From NCBI RefSeq assembly GCF_009914755.1, contig NC_060940.1: a stretch of 64,000 bases of DNA; one strand, written 5' to 3'. Under the pieces are notes generated by a model that was not told where the DNA came from, made no database searches, and saw nothing but the letters and a program-made list of their open reading frames with translations. This document shows positions 39,855 through 54,994 of the stretch, one piece after another; positions within the stretch are counted from its first letter, which is position 1; each line of letters opens with the position of its first letter. Made by a program: the position numbers and the translations under genes. Source of the stretch: the human T2T-CHM13v2.0 reference genome, Homo sapiens.

Positions 39855-40125
39855 TCTTTTTAAAGACAGGGACTTCCTTTGTCACTCAGGCTGGAGTGCA
39901 GTGGCAAATCATGGCTCACTACAGCCTTGACTTCCTGGGCTCAAGTGATCTTCCTGCCTCAGCCTCCTGAGTAACTGGGGCCACAGGCAGGTACCACCAT
40001 GCCCGAATAATTTTTAAATATTTTTTGTGAGACAGGCTGGTCTCAAACTCCTGGCCTCAAGTGATTCGCCCCTGCTTTAGCACCCCAAAGTGCTGGGGTT
40101 ATAGGTGTGAGCTGCCTTGCCCTGC
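39855..40125 (-). mobile_element. Alu (AluJ-like)
   Basis: Reverse Alu consensus following a (CT)-rich run. Confidence 0.88.
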
Positions 40126-41959
40126 TATAGATTCTTTTTCAATTCTTGCACCTCTAGAAGGTAGCTGAGATAACTGAGGCTCAGAGAGGCCCCAGAGGGG
40201 TATCTCTGATCTGTCCAACCTCAGGATCCCTGCTCTTGACCTCCAGAATATAATTATGTGACCATCACAGCTCCTGGGGGTGTATGCAAAGGTGGTTCTC
40301 CCCAACTCTCAGATGCCTGTAGGCAGTAGCCTGTTGCCCCGCCTGTGCCAGGCACACTGAGCCTTCAGACTTGGGCCTGATTTCTGGTTCTTTCTCCCAA
40401 GGGCCACATTCATCTGCCCCTGATCGCCTAACAGGTTGACAGAGAGCAATTCTGTCAACACCTGGTAGTGAGCTCCTTTTGCGCAAATCCTAGATCTCAG
40501 ACTCATTTTAAAAAGTCAGTTTCATTATAGTAAGGAATGCTCTGTCCCCAGAGAAGATGGAAGGCAATGGTAGATTGTTTTTAAAATAGGAAAATGGTCA
40601 AACTCTTTTTTGGGGTGTCTGTGTGTGTGATGACTCTGAGGCCAGCGTGTACAATCTGCCTTTCGCTGGGGAGGTGATTGGTGATCAAGTAAATGCAGGC
40701 AGCTGAGGGGTCAGGCCAGGGGCTTGGCTGCATCCCGCAGCCAGAGATACATGAGACTCCTACTAATGTGGAAGCTTTATTCATATGGATCCATCCCAGC
40801 CTCACAAATAAATGGAGGCCAGCCAAAGAACTGATCTGGAAGCCACTGCAAACACACAATCAGCTGTCAGGGAGAGGGGGTGGCATGGAGCAAAATGCTT
40901 CCCCATCTTGGCATCTCAGAAGATGTTTAACTAAGGTCTCTACCTGGCTGTTATTTAAACAAACACAAAAGATGAAGGTAAGCAGTCCAGGGAGAATGCT
41001 TGAAACCCATCAGCAAACAGGGGAGCTCAGCTGGGAAGGAGATGCTCTGTGTGTGTGTGTCAAATCCATTTGCATCAGAATCCTGCAGGGACAGAAATGC
41101 TCAAATGCAGAGTGAGTATGCACAGCCATTTGCCTGTGTGAAGGCCTGGGAAGGAGCTGAGCAGGCCCCTAGGGATGTGCAGAGGGGCACATCCTCGGGT
41201 GGCCAGCGTCTCCTGTGTGCATTCATTAAAGGGCCAGCTTGGTGGCTCCATGGCTAGAGAGTGACGGCGCCATTTATGCACCAGGAAGAGTGTTACCCAG
41301 GCATGCGCCATTTCGATTTATTTTGATTAACTTGTTAGGAGTCCGCTTACTGAGTGTCGTCTGTGCTTGCAGAGCCACAGAGCAGCCTTTTTGCTTAGGG
41401 TCCCTGTCGTTCTTCATATCCTCTGGCTTTGCCTCTCCTGTTGCTTGCCCCATGGAAATCAGTAAAGTGGGGTGGGAAGAGCAGAGGATGGTGATTGGAT
41501 CCATGAGTCCTGGGATGGGCCTATTGTGTCATTTTGGGTAAGTCACTGTCTTGCTGAGCTCTACATTCCTTTTTGGTCAAATAGGAATAGTCCCCATCTC
41601 TCAGCATTGTTGAGGGTATTGAATGAAATCCTGGACACTGGGAGGGTTCTCTTGCCTGCTTGCTTCCTCACCGTGTTAGATCCAGATGTTAAACCAGGTG
41701 CTTGCTGCAAGACCTCAGATCTAGGAGAGAAACCTAGGGATCCTTTGTGCAATATTTGCAACTTGTGGGATGAATACCAAGGGTTTAGGCCATGCATGGA
41801 GAGGCATTGGGTAACATTGTGACATTGAGTCCCAGAGAGTGAACTGTACTGCCTTTCCCACTCTCTTTCAGAGCTAAGTCAAAATGAGTCTCCATTTGGT
41901 GTTAACAAGCCTTTAACATCTCTCCAACTCTTTTTAATCTCCCTTTAAAACAAAGATAT

Positions 41960-42200
41960 CATGGGGACAGAAAGTAGAGGGGTGGTTGCCAGGGGCTGGA
42001 AGGAGGATGGTGGTGGTGGGGGGGTTATGATTTAATGGATATGGAATTTCAGTTTGGGAGGATAAAGAAAGTTCTGGAGATGGAAGGTGGTGCTGGTTGT
42101 ATAACAATGTAAATGTACTTAATGCCACTGAACTGTACAATTAAAAATAGAATGGTAAATTTTATATTATGTATATTTTCCACACTAAAAACTAAAATTA
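41960..42200 (+). mobile_element. L1MB-like 3' end fragment
   Basis: gacagaaagtagagggg...ggttgccaggggctgg...aatgtacttaatgccactgaactgtac. Confidence 0.8.
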
Positions 42201-42819
42201 GAAACAAAAAACAAAGACAAAACAGGCTTCAGGCACAGAGGCTTTAGTAAGCAATGGTGTCTAACCAGACTTTAATAACATTATTTTAAAAAATTAAATT
42301 GACTCTTTAGGTGGCTTCTATTTAGGACAAAGGATACTGGCTTTCTATTTCCAAATATCCACTTGATACAAAGTTTCCTTTTGAAAGACATTTAATTAAG
42401 CCAGGAGAAATGGTGAGGAAATAATAGTGCATGAATAGAGCGACGTCAGGAAGCTGGAACTTGAATGTCTGAAGTTGGGGAATTGATGCCTACGCCTCAC
42501 TTTCAGGTGGGGCACCTGAACCCTGGAGGGCCAGTGCTGGGCCTGGGCCCTCAGCACACTGCTCCTTTGCATCCACTCTGCTCCCCCTTGATTCTTTGCC
42601 TTGGCTACCTTCACCGCGCACACCCCAGCCAGGATAGCTTAATCATGGCTGGGAAGATGGCTGAGCAGGCCCCTCTCTTGCCCAGCCTGAAGCTTCTGGG
42701 GCACTTACTTTGTCCTGAGGTCTGCTGTGGCTGCACTGAGCTTTGGGGGACAGATCCCAAATATCCTGATAGCAAAGTGACAAAGCTACTTAAGTGACAA
42801 TTGGGTAAGGTCTTCCAAG

Positions 42820-43138
42820 TTTCTTTTTTTGTTTGTTTCTTTTAGAGACAACATCTCCTCTGTCACCCAGGCTGCAGTGCAGTGGTGCGATCATAGCTTA
42901 CTGCAGTCTCCTAATTCCTGCACTCAAATGATCCTCCTGCCTCAGCCTCTGAGTAGGTGGGACCACAGGCAAGCACCACCACACTGGGGTAGTTAAACAT
43001 TTTTTGTTTTTGTTTTTTTGTAGAGATGGGAGTGTCGCTATGATGCCCAGGCTGGTCTCAAACTCCTAGCCTTGTGACCTTCCTGCCTCAGCCTCCCAAA
43101 GTGCTGGGATTACAGTAATGATCCACTATGCCTGGCCT
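42820..43138 (-). mobile_element. Alu (AluJ-like)
   Basis: Reverse Alu consensus. Confidence 0.9.
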
Positions 43139-43176
43139 TCTTTCGAGGTTCTGGTTGCAATTTAGGATTAACTGGA

Positions 43177-43325
43177 TCAGGGGTTCCCAAATATGGCTGT
43201 ACTTTAGAATCAGCTAGGCCCCACACCCAGGAAAATTAAATCAAAATCTCTGGAGGGTGAAGTTTGGCTATCTCAGATCTTCAAAGCTTCCCAAGAGATT
43301 CTAATGTGTGAAAGATTGAGAACCC
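43177..43325. mobile_element. MER5-like hAT MITE
   Basis: caggggttcccaaa...ttagaatcagct...aatcaaaatctctgg...gattctaatgtg...ttgagaacc. Confidence 0.6.
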
Positions 43326-44004
43326 GGATCAGAGCCAAAGTGTGATTACCTATCAATACCTTTATCTTCTGCCTGGAATGGCCTCTTCTTCCTCTTTACA
43401 AATTCCAAAATGTGTTTTAAGACTCAGCTGAAATGTTTCCACCTCCAGGAAGGCCTCCATGCTCTTCCCAGCTTTGATATCTGATGGTAACACCTTATTA
43501 TACTATATTGTAATCCTGATTCTTGGACAGTTTCCACCAGTAGGTGAGATGCTTCTTGAAGGCTGGAGTTATGCATAATTCACTATTGCAGTCTCATGGC
43601 CTGGCATATAGTGTTCAATACATGTCTTTGCTTATAGAGTAAATGAACATACAAACCCTAAGAAACATATTCACTTGGGCAGCTGAACAGGGTTCCTTTG
43701 AGGTCAATGATGAGTTCTGGGGCTGGTCCTGCTTTGGGCCATCATGGATACCTTCCAGACTTACGCATCTTAAGACTTCTGCCTGATTGGGTCCCCAAGA
43801 CTTCCCTGATCTTACCTGCAGTCACTCTCTCCCAACTCTTCTCTCCCTTGCTTTAAATTCTTAGGTGTTTTCTAGTCTCAGAACCTTTGCGCAAGCTGTT
43901 CTCTCTTCCTAAAATACTTTTTAGTCCAACATGGCCTGGCTTTCTCCTAAATGTCCCTTCCTTAAGTGACCTTCCTTGACACTTATCCCTAAAGGTGTTT
44001 CTCA

Positions 44005-44310
44005 GTTTTGATTTTTTTTTTTTTAAGAGTCAGGGTCTCATGCTGTCACTCAAGGTGGAATGCAGTGCCCCAATCATAGCTCACTATGGCCTTTAACTCC
44101 TGGGCTCAAGTGATCCTCCCACCTTAGCCTCCTAAACTGATAGGACTATAGGCATGGACTACCATGCCCAGATAATTTTTAAATTTTTTGTAGAGTTGGG
44201 AGTTCTCACTATGTTGTCCAGGCTAGTTTTGAACTCCTGGTCTCATAGAATCCTCCTGCTTCAGCCTCCCAAAGTGCTGGGATGACAGGCATGGACTACA
44301 GTGCTTGACT
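44005..44310 (-). mobile_element. Alu (AluJ-like)
   Basis: Reverse Alu consensus. Confidence 0.9.
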
Positions 44311-45107
44311 CATTTTTGATTTTTAATTGCAGCACATTCTTTGTTTATTTATAACACTAACATTGGTTTTTAATTATATATTTGTCACCCCCGTGTGATT
44401 CTTTGATTAACATCAGCCACCCCAACTAGCCTTGTTAGGGGCCAATAGTAAGTGTTCAATAAATATTGGTTAAATGAAGATTTAGGTATCATATATTGAT
44501 AAATGAAGATTTAATCATTGTGTTATCCTTGAAAACAATTATGCCTGGGAGCCAGGCCAGCCTCCACAAAAAGCCAGCGTCTCCACTATCCCATGGTTTT
44601 TGGTTTAGTCTCAGCCTCCTCTTGTTGCGGTCTCTTTCAGCTTCATTTATTCTCAGGATGGAATGAGCTGAGTCTCCATTTTCATGCTTAGATAATGCTT
44701 GGGGACTGGCGAAACAGTGGTGAGCCAAGGCTAGTAGGGGAGGCTGCCATTAATGAAAGACTCTCATATGAAACCAAAATGGTGGGAGGGTGGCTATGGC
44801 TGCTGCCTCCACACCATCTGAAAGACAACACTGGCCCGCACTGTGACCAGTGGTGCATGGATTCTTCAAGGTGTCCTCAGCTCACTGTGCAGGGCCCCGC
44901 TGGGCACACACAAGCCCTTCACAGTGGCTACACTCCCACTTAGTGGTGCTTAGACTTCTCTTAGGCAAATATTTTCCTGGCCACAAAAATAAAGGGCAGG
45001 TCAGGTGCCAGTGATGTGGGAGCCTAAAGCCCAGAGGAAGCCACTGCAGTCTTCAGATGACACCAGCCTTCTTTCCCTTAATTCCACCTGAGGCAGAGCT
45101 TAGCTCA

Positions 45108-45375
45108 AATCCCAGGACTTTGGGAGGCTGAAGCAGGAGAACTGCTTGAGGCCAGGAGTTTGAGATCAGCCTGGGCAACATAGCAAGGCCCTTGTCTCTA
45201 TGAAATGAAAAGAAATTAGCTAGGTGTAGTGACACATACCTGTGGTCCCAGCTACTTTGGAGGCTGAAGGTTGAGGCAGGAAGATGGCTCGAGACTAGGA
45301 GTTAAAGGCTGTATGTAGTGAGCCATGATATCTCAAAAAAAAAAAAAAAAAAAAAAAAAGGAAAGAAAAGAAAAA
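45108..45375 (+). mobile_element. Alu (AluJ-like, partly deleted)
   Basis: aatcccaggactttgggaggctgaag... plus polyA. Confidence 0.88.
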
Positions 45376-47228
45376 TAAACTGAAATCAGGAAAAGAGCCA
45401 GGATCCTGCTCCCTGACCCCAGAAGTGGAGAAAGATTTGGAATAGAGAGGGAGGTGAATGATGAAGAACTGCATGGCCTTGTCTCTGCACTGATTTTCTA
45501 TTGATGACACTTTTCAGATATCTCCTCTCTGTATCCTTCCTTCTGTATTTGCAGCCTTCTGGATCAGTCGGTTCCACTGTGGCTCAGCTACTTAGGACCA
45601 AATTAACAAACAGTTGACGGCCTAATACTGACCAGAATCTCATATCAAAACTAATAAATTAGACCAAAATATGACTTCTCTTCAGCTTTTGCAAACTTCC
45701 AGGTTTTATTTTTCATGTATGTGTAGTCCTTCAATGGAGAACATTTTCTTAGAGTGTCTCCTCTGTTTGGTACCAGCTGTCAGAGCCCCTGGCTATGGTG
45801 GGGAAGCAGCTGCTTGGAGGTCTAACCTGACTGACAGTTGGACACAGGGGGAAATCTTGGGAGAACAGAGTAGGGAGAGAAGACTCGTGGCCTTCCTCTC
45901 CAGCTAATAAGTTTGAGATAAGCCCGGAAATGGCATCTCCAAACTGATATTAGCAGATCCCAGAATTTGTTAGTTTTTGAAAGGCACAACTTAAAATTTA
46001 TTGGTAAGGCAGACTTGGTGGACAAAGGAAACCAGATTGTGGTCAGACAACGGTTATGCTTGCCACAGGGTGGTGGTGAACTAGGAGGTAGGAGTTTATC
46101 CTGGTCCCAGCCAGATCAGCTCTGCATTTGAACAGAACATTGCTGCCAACACCTACCTTGGGGGTTAGTAACCACGGAAGCCATGGGGAATTTCTACTTC
46201 AACCTGTTCTGATGAGGGATCGTGTTTTGATATTTCTCTCTGCAGATAAGTTTCATTTCTAATTTTAATTTTAACATTTGGATTGTGTTCTGGCCAGATT
46301 GGAAAGGTCTCTCTGCTCATTTGCAGAAAGAACACGCTCTTCCCAGTGAAATCTTAGTAGCAATACTCTGCAGTTTCCAAGAATCCTTCCCTCCTCCTCA
46401 CTCCCTACTCCTACTGATTGCCAGAGTGTCAGAGACCTGAAATTGCCTCTTTTCTCACATGACTGACCCACTCGTATGAGTCAGGAGTGCCTGGATTAAA
46501 ATGTGGTAAAAAAGAGCCCCAAATGTCATATGTCATTGGCTTCAACCAAAGGTTTATTACTCACATGCACTTCACATCCAGCAGAGCTTGGTGCAGAATT
46601 CGGGGTGTAGGGGCCCCAGGACCTGAGTGACAAATGACTCCTCCATCATTTGTCACTCAGGTCCTGGGGCTGAGGAAGCCTCCTCCATCTCATGCCACTG
46701 GCGTCTCCACACAAAGCTTCCAGATCCTGGGAAGAGAAGGCTGGAGAGTCAAGCCGGCTCATACCTTACTGGCCATGACTAGTCAGAGAAACAAGGAATT
46801 ACGACCCTCCACGTGTCTGGAAGTAGAAGAGAAGTGGCTTCAGGTGACCTGTAGTAACCTGTGCAGACTGAGCCTTTGCTTTTTGATCCTGTTGTGCGAT
46901 TCCTTTCCAAGTCCAGGTGCTTTTGCTCTTCTTGGGAGCCCCTCAATAGTTCTCAAAGGATTGCTTTTTGAAGAACTTGTCTTTGATTCTCTTGAGAGAG
47001 AGAGTCTAACGTAGTGGTTAAAGGCACAGATTCTACAGCCAGACTTCCTGGGTTTGAATTTGGCTCCAAGCAAATGTTCTAATGTCTCTGACCCTCGATT
47101 TCTCATCTGTAAAATGGAGACAATGATAACACCTACCTTCCAGGGTTATTGTAAGTATTACACTGTGAATGTGTGTAACAGGCTTAGGAAAGTTACTGGG
47201 CACACAGTAAGCTCTATATAATAATTGT

Positions 47229-47553
<325 letters not shown>

Positions 47554-48739
47554 TTACCTGTAGCACTGAACACCGATTACATATTAGGCTGCAAGGTACA
47601 CAGAAAAATAAGTCACAGGACAGCCTGAGGTTTGGGTGGGGGTTTGTGGGGTCAACAAAGTACTACCATGTCAGCTAGGCTGTTGCTCGTCTTTGTGATT
47701 GCTCACTAATCTACCAACTTCCTTGCACTTTATGGAATGAAACTCCATGACCATGACAAGGATGTTTCTTCATCCTCCTGTGCCTTCTAGAGTGAGGCCC
47801 AAGTGGGGCCTGGGCCTGAGGCCAGAGGCAGAGCAGAAAGGAAGTTTCCCTGAGGAGTGGCTAACATCTCTGGAGATGTCGTTCCCCCAGAGCAGCTTGG
47901 CTCACGTTAGAGGTGACCGTGGGCTTTCATCCTTTCTCTGTTGCTTATGAGCTAGGTGACCCTGGGCAAGTCACACGTCAGTTTCCTAATCTGTAAATGG
48001 GGGGTTACTATATCTATCTTACAAGATGGTTATGAGGATTCAAAGAAAGATATAATGCAAGAAAAACGCTTAGAGTTGGCCTGGCATAGAGTAAGTCCTC
48101 TGCATGGGGCCATGATTACTCATATTATTACTGATGTTAATCAATAATGTGTGGGATGGGGGAAGAGGAGGTGGAGAATTAAATAGGAACTTGTTTGGGC
48201 ATGGCCTCTCTAATCACCTGGGGAATTTAAACTGTCCTGAGGACAATGGGTCACCACTGAAGGCTTTAATCAAGGTGTGACTCCCTTGGGGTCTACACTT
48301 TGGAAAGATCCCTCTAGCTTCATTATACAGAGTGGATTAATGGCTGTAAGATGGGGGCAAAAAACCACCCAGAAAATGCCCCGGATTAGGGGGATGTCTG
48401 TGGGGGATAGAGGAAAATAGATTCTTAATGTGTTTATCAGATACTATATTAATGCAAACTATTTATGCAGCATTAACTCTGTACCAGGTGCTGTTCTAAG
48501 CACCTTATACTATTTACTCATTTAATCATCACAGCGTCTCTTCCTGTAGGTTCTTCTACCATCAGCTCTCATTTTTAGATAAGGAAACTGAGGCATTAAG
48601 AGATTAAATAACTCACCAAAGGTCACATAGCTAGATAGGAGTGGAGATGGATTTGAAACCAGAAAGTCTGGCTCCAACATTGGCCTTTTAACAAGTGTGC
48701 TTCGATATGGTGATTTATTGGGTATGCAGGAATATATGA

Positions 48740-49225
48740 GTTGTCTGTGACCACAAGGATGCTGTGTAACGATCGTGAAAACCTCTGTGGCATATAATAA
48801 TAAACATTTACTGGTCATCACAAATCTATGGATTGGCTAGATAGTTCTGCTGCTCTGAGCTCCTTGGTGGAGCTCACTCACTTGTCTTTGGTTAGCCACG
48901 GGCTAGCGGGTAGCTTTGCCCATCTTGGGTGGCTTGCTCAAGCCTGAGGTGCCAGGTGGACTCAGCACTGCTCCATGTCTCATCCTCCAGGAGGCTAGCT
49001 AGGGCATGCTCTCATGGAAATGCAGAGGTGCAAAGGAGTGAGCCAAAACCCGAAAACACAGAAAGAGCGGAACACTGTCACTTAGCCACATGCTATTGGC
49101 CAAAGGCAGTCCCATGGCCAGCCCAGATTCAAGGAGTGGGGAAATGGCCTCCACCTCTTGTTGGGCCAAGGGTGTGGGTACAGAGAAGGTGAGAGATTTA
49201 GGCTGCTTTGGCCATCAGTCCACCA
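48740..49225 (-). mobile_element. Old MLT1 (MLT1H-like) LTR
   Basis: gctgtgtaac...aataaacatttact...catcctccaggaggctagc...tggccaaaggcagtcccatggccagcccagattcaagg. Confidence 0.6.
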
Positions 49226-51852
49226 TGGGGAGTGAATCTTTCATAACTCCCAGAATTTTTGCTTGGGCAGCTCAGAGAATAATATTACAAGTTACCGAGA
49301 GGGTGAAGCAGAGGAAAAGCAGTTTATGGGAGAAGTCAAGGAGGCTGAGACTCAGTGAGGCCAGACGTCTAGCCCAGGGTCCCATAGCTAATATAATCAG
49401 GGTCCAGACTCCAGCTGCTCAGAACTGAAAACGACCCTTTGAACAGATAGGTGTGATCGTGTGTCTATAAATTACCTTGCTGTGTGTAAATAATTACTTG
49501 GAAGTGCCGAATATGAACACTTCTGCATTTAGAATCCAGGTTTTCTGCCAGTTCAGTTCTGAGAACCCTGCTTTCCTTTTCTATTCTTGGAGTTCTTTCC
49601 AATAATGTCCCCGAAGGGGCTTCCTTCTTCACACTGTAGGAATTGAATGTAGGTTTTCACCTCCAGGGAATAGTCTGGTGTTGTTCCTCCAGGTACTGGC
49701 CTCTGGGGACTGGAGCAAAGCCTTTCTCTAGGACTCTAGACAGCCACCATGCATGGCCCACTGGGGCTTGGGGCTGGGCCATGGCAGAAGTGGTGGCTGA
49801 CTTTTTTCCACTATAATCACTGAATGACATTCCCTGCCACTGAAGGGGGCTTGACTGGGTGTATGTAGATGGAGGCCACCTCTGATACGGCTCTTCTGAA
49901 ATCACCAGCACCTGAATTCCTAAGCCCCTTCCCAACACCCAGAAGCCTCGCAGGCAGTGTCGTTAACTTCCCCAGTCATAAGAAACATCTCCCCTTCTCA
50001 GGTTGAACCAGCCCCACCTGCAGAACTCCTTTCCTCCACCTTTCAGGATTCCCAGACTCTGCAGGTGTTGGCACAGCCTGGATTCGAACCCAAGCTCCCT
50101 GCCCCTATACTACATTGACAATGGCCTCTGGAGGTGGGGGAGCTGAGACTCCCCTCTCATCATGTCACTCTCAGGGAAGACTGAGTGAGTGTGTGTTCCC
50201 GGGTGGCAATTGTTTCTTCTGGAAATGCCATGGGTGCGGCCTAGGAGACACCCCAGACAAGGGGTGCAGACAAGGGTAGGCTCAGAAGGGGCCCTCCTCA
50301 TGAGAAACAATTCGAAGTACTCTGAATTCTCACTGGCGTTTATCATCGTATTGTTAGCTCTTGCAGTGATAACAGTCAATACTCCATGAATGCTTACCAC
50401 ATACGAAGCATTGCATCAATGCCCTTGCTTCTCCTACCCCCTCTTTCCTTTCTCTCTTCCTCCTCTGCAGAGGTGGGCTGTGGGCTTACCAGTGAAGGAC
50501 TCTGGAGTCAGCCAGGCCAAGATTTGGGGCAAGTGACTACTTAACCGACTTTGAACTTCAGTTTCCCCCATGGGAAATTGAATGGGGCTAGCATCCATCT
50601 CCTGAAGGGTCACTGAAGGGATTAGGAGTGATGTGTGTAAAGGGCCTTGTACATAGTAGGTGCTCAATTCCTGGTGGCTGAGCTTGTTATTTTTGTCCTT
50701 GTTTGTGAGCCCAGGGTCCCTGTGGCTACCCCGGGGCCCTGCTTTCTTCTCTTCTCAGCCTGATTTCTTCCCTCTGAGGCACTTGGGGGACACTACCTAC
50801 CCTGCTGAGATGGGGAGAGGGGCTCATGCCTGTGGTCCACTCTGACATCTGATGGATAGATTTGAAGTCAGGGATATGGATCCTGGGGGTTTTTATTGCC
50901 CCCTGTAGAAATGACTTATCAGCTGGCAATAGGTTGAGTGTGGCCCGAACTGCAGCTCTGGTAGCCGAGGAATGCAGTGCCCAGCAGGGCCTGCCAGGTA
51001 ACAGGATTGGTGGTGGCACTGGCCAGGCCTCAGCCGGACAATAATCTGCTGGTGGGTCAGCTCTCTTCCCTTCCTTCTTTTCTCCTCCAGGTCCCTCCTC
51101 CCTTACCTGGAGTGGCTAACTGGTCTTATTGACTTACTCTGCCATTTCTTCATAAAGCCCTGAAATTTATCCATCAAGCTGTATTTCCCATTAAAATGTG
51201 GTCGCAAGGTGATATCCAATTCTGCAGAAAACATGTAGCCACAAGCCTCTCGTTGCCAGTTTATTATCAGCGCCAGGGTCCCTGGGGTCTGGGATGGCCA
51301 GGCCTGGCTCTGTGCACAGGATAACAGTGGGAATCCTCCTGTCGCAGCCCCCCTCCTCTGCTTGAGCCTCTGCCTTGGGGAGACCCGCCTGCTAATTTAT
51401 CTTGGAATGTTTGGGCTCGATGCTTAATTGCTCTGTTTTCTGACTTTCTAAGTAGATGAGTGTGAAAAGCAAGTCAACAAATAAACATAAGCTTCTACCA
51501 GAAGACCCTGAAACAAAGCAAACAGCTGCCTGCATAACTGAAGCAGAGCAGAGCATCCCTGGTGTCACTCAGTAGGAGACAAATTCCACACGCTGTCTTG
51601 GGGCTAGGAAAGACAGAACTGGGGCTTGTGTCATACGGAAACGAGAAGATCTTGGTTCCTCCCTTACTGGCTGTGAGACCTGAGAAAGTGACTCCCTCTG
51701 CTGCAGTTTTCTTGCCTATAAAATGGGGATGATACTGGTGCCTGTCCCACAGGATCATTTTGCAGATTACGTGAGATAAAACAGGTAAAGCATTTAGAAT
51801 AATTCCCAATGTATGGTGTGCCTGATACATGTCAGCTATTTCAGTTACAATT

Positions 51853-52150
51853 CTTTTTTTCTTTTCTTTTTTTGAGACTAGGTCTTGCTCTGTGGCCCAG
51901 GCTGGAGTGCAGTGGTGCAAACATGGCTCACTGCAGCTTTGACCTCCCTGGCTGAAGCGATCCTCCTGCCTTAGCCTCCTGTGTAGCTGGGACCACAGAC
52001 ACATACCACCATGCTTGGCTAATTTTTTTGATTTTTTGTAGAGACAGGGTCTTTGTTCCCCAGGCTGGCCTTGAGCTCCTGGGCTTAAGCAATCTTCCTG
52101 CCTTGGCCTCCCAAAGTGCTGGGAATATAGACCCGAACCACTGTGCCCAG
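51853..52150 (-). mobile_element. Alu (AluJ-like)
   Basis: TSD ttcagttacaat on both sides. Confidence 0.92.
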
Positions 52151-52658
52151 CTTCAGTTACAATCCTAATGGTTATTAATAGAGTGTGAATGGCTCTGTGA
52201 TCTCAGACAAATTTCCCAAACTTTTCACGCTTGTTTCTTCATCTGTAAAAAAAAGAAACAACCATAGCTACATCATGGAGGTAGCTATAAAAATTATTAA
52301 GTGAAATAAATTTATGAAAATGTTAGCCCCATGGTTAGCACTTAGCAGAATCTGAATAAAATCACTTTCTTTTCTTTTATGTAGGCAGAACTCCATCATC
52401 CAGACAATTAAACTGATGAGGTTGTTTAAAAAATAAATTTTTTTACATTTATGCTTAAAACAATTTATTTTTATTTTTATTTTTAATTGACAAATCAGAA
52501 CTGTATGTGTTTATTATATACATCATGTTTTGCCATATGTATACATTGTGAAACGATTAAATCAAGCTAATTACCATATACCTGAAAATGGTACCTTCTT
52601 CTTTTGTGATGAGAAAATTTTTAATCTGCTTTCCTAACAAGTTTCAAGCATACAATAT

Positions 52659-52955
52659 GGCCCAGCACAGTGGTTTTATAGAATCCCAGCACTTTGGGAA
52701 GCTGAGGCGGTCAAATCCCTTGAGCTCAGGAGTTCAAGACCAGCCTAGGCAACATGGCAAAACCCCATCTCTACCAACAATACAAAAAATTAGCCGGGGA
52801 GGTGGCAAGTGCCTGTGGGCCAAGCTACTTGGGAGGCCAAGGCAGGAGGATCACTTGAGCCCATGAAGTTGAGGCTGCAGGGAGCTTTGATCACGCCACT
52901 GCACTCCAGCTTGGGTGACAGAGTGAGACCTTGTCTCAAAAAATAAAAAAAAAAA
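52659..52955 (+). mobile_element. Alu (AluJ-like) inserted in a minus-strand L1MA 3' fragment (~52480-53075)
   Basis: TSD aagcatacaata; flanks match an L1MA 3' end (aaatcaagctaatt...ttattaacaatagtcaccatgttgta). Confidence 0.9.
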
Positions 52956-53115
52956 GCATACAATACATTGTTATTAACAATAGTCACCATGTTGTAAGTT
53001 AGTTCTTCTGAACTTATTCCTCAGGTCTAAATGACATTTTGTATCCTTTGACCACTTCTCCCTCACTCCCAGTTTGTAATTATAGCACAACACATATAAA
53101 GTACCGAGTATTTAA

Positions 53116-53430
<315 letters not shown>

Positions 53431-53616
53431 CACTCAGTGAATTTTTATAAATGTATACATGACCCAGATCAAGATAGAGAGCATTTCCAAAACTCCAGAA
53501 AGTTCTGCTGCCCCTTCTCTCCAATACTCGACCCCTTACAGGTAGCCTTGATCCTTATCTCTAATACTATAGACTAGTTGTGCATGTTCCTAAACTTTAC
53601 ATAAATGGGAGGGTAG

Positions 53617-54305
<689 letters not shown>

Positions 54306-54994
54306 TGGCGCACAACTTTGTTACTTGTGAATAAAGCTGTTGTGAAGGTTCTCATACATGTCTTTCTATGGCTGTATAAACTTATTTTTGTTAGCTGTGT
54401 ACTTAAGGAGTTGAATTGCTGAGTCATAAATAGGTGCATGTTTAGCTTTATCAGATCTTGCCAAAAATATATTTAAAGTGGTTATTCTCAGGTTACTTCT
54501 TGAATTGTTAAAAAAAAAAAAAAAAAAAAGAGGAGGAGTTAAGTCTAGAAGAGATGGAATGTTGAACTTATTTGATTATAATTGTATTGCATTCTATTTT
54601 TCTCTTGTTTTATACTATTTATAATTCACTGAGAATTGCCCATCTTCTACAGGAACAGTTGCAATTGTAACCAAATACGTTGCTACCAAAATATTCATTA
54701 TTTATAATGGAAAAAAATAAGAACAATCTAAATGTCCATCTATAGAGGAATGGCTTATAAATCACAGCATAGGTATATTGTGCAATTATAAGACAAATAA
54801 AAAAGTGCTAGTCTGGTATGGTGTATAAGCTATAGTAAGAGTTTAAAAAGCATGTTGGAGAATATCAGGCAGAATATGGACTACATATGATGTTTATTAT
54901 ATGTCAGAAAATTTTTATGGTATACTGTTTTGCAACTTGTTTAAAGTTACAAAATCTCTCTCTCTCTCTCTCTCTCTTTCTCTATTGAAACTGG

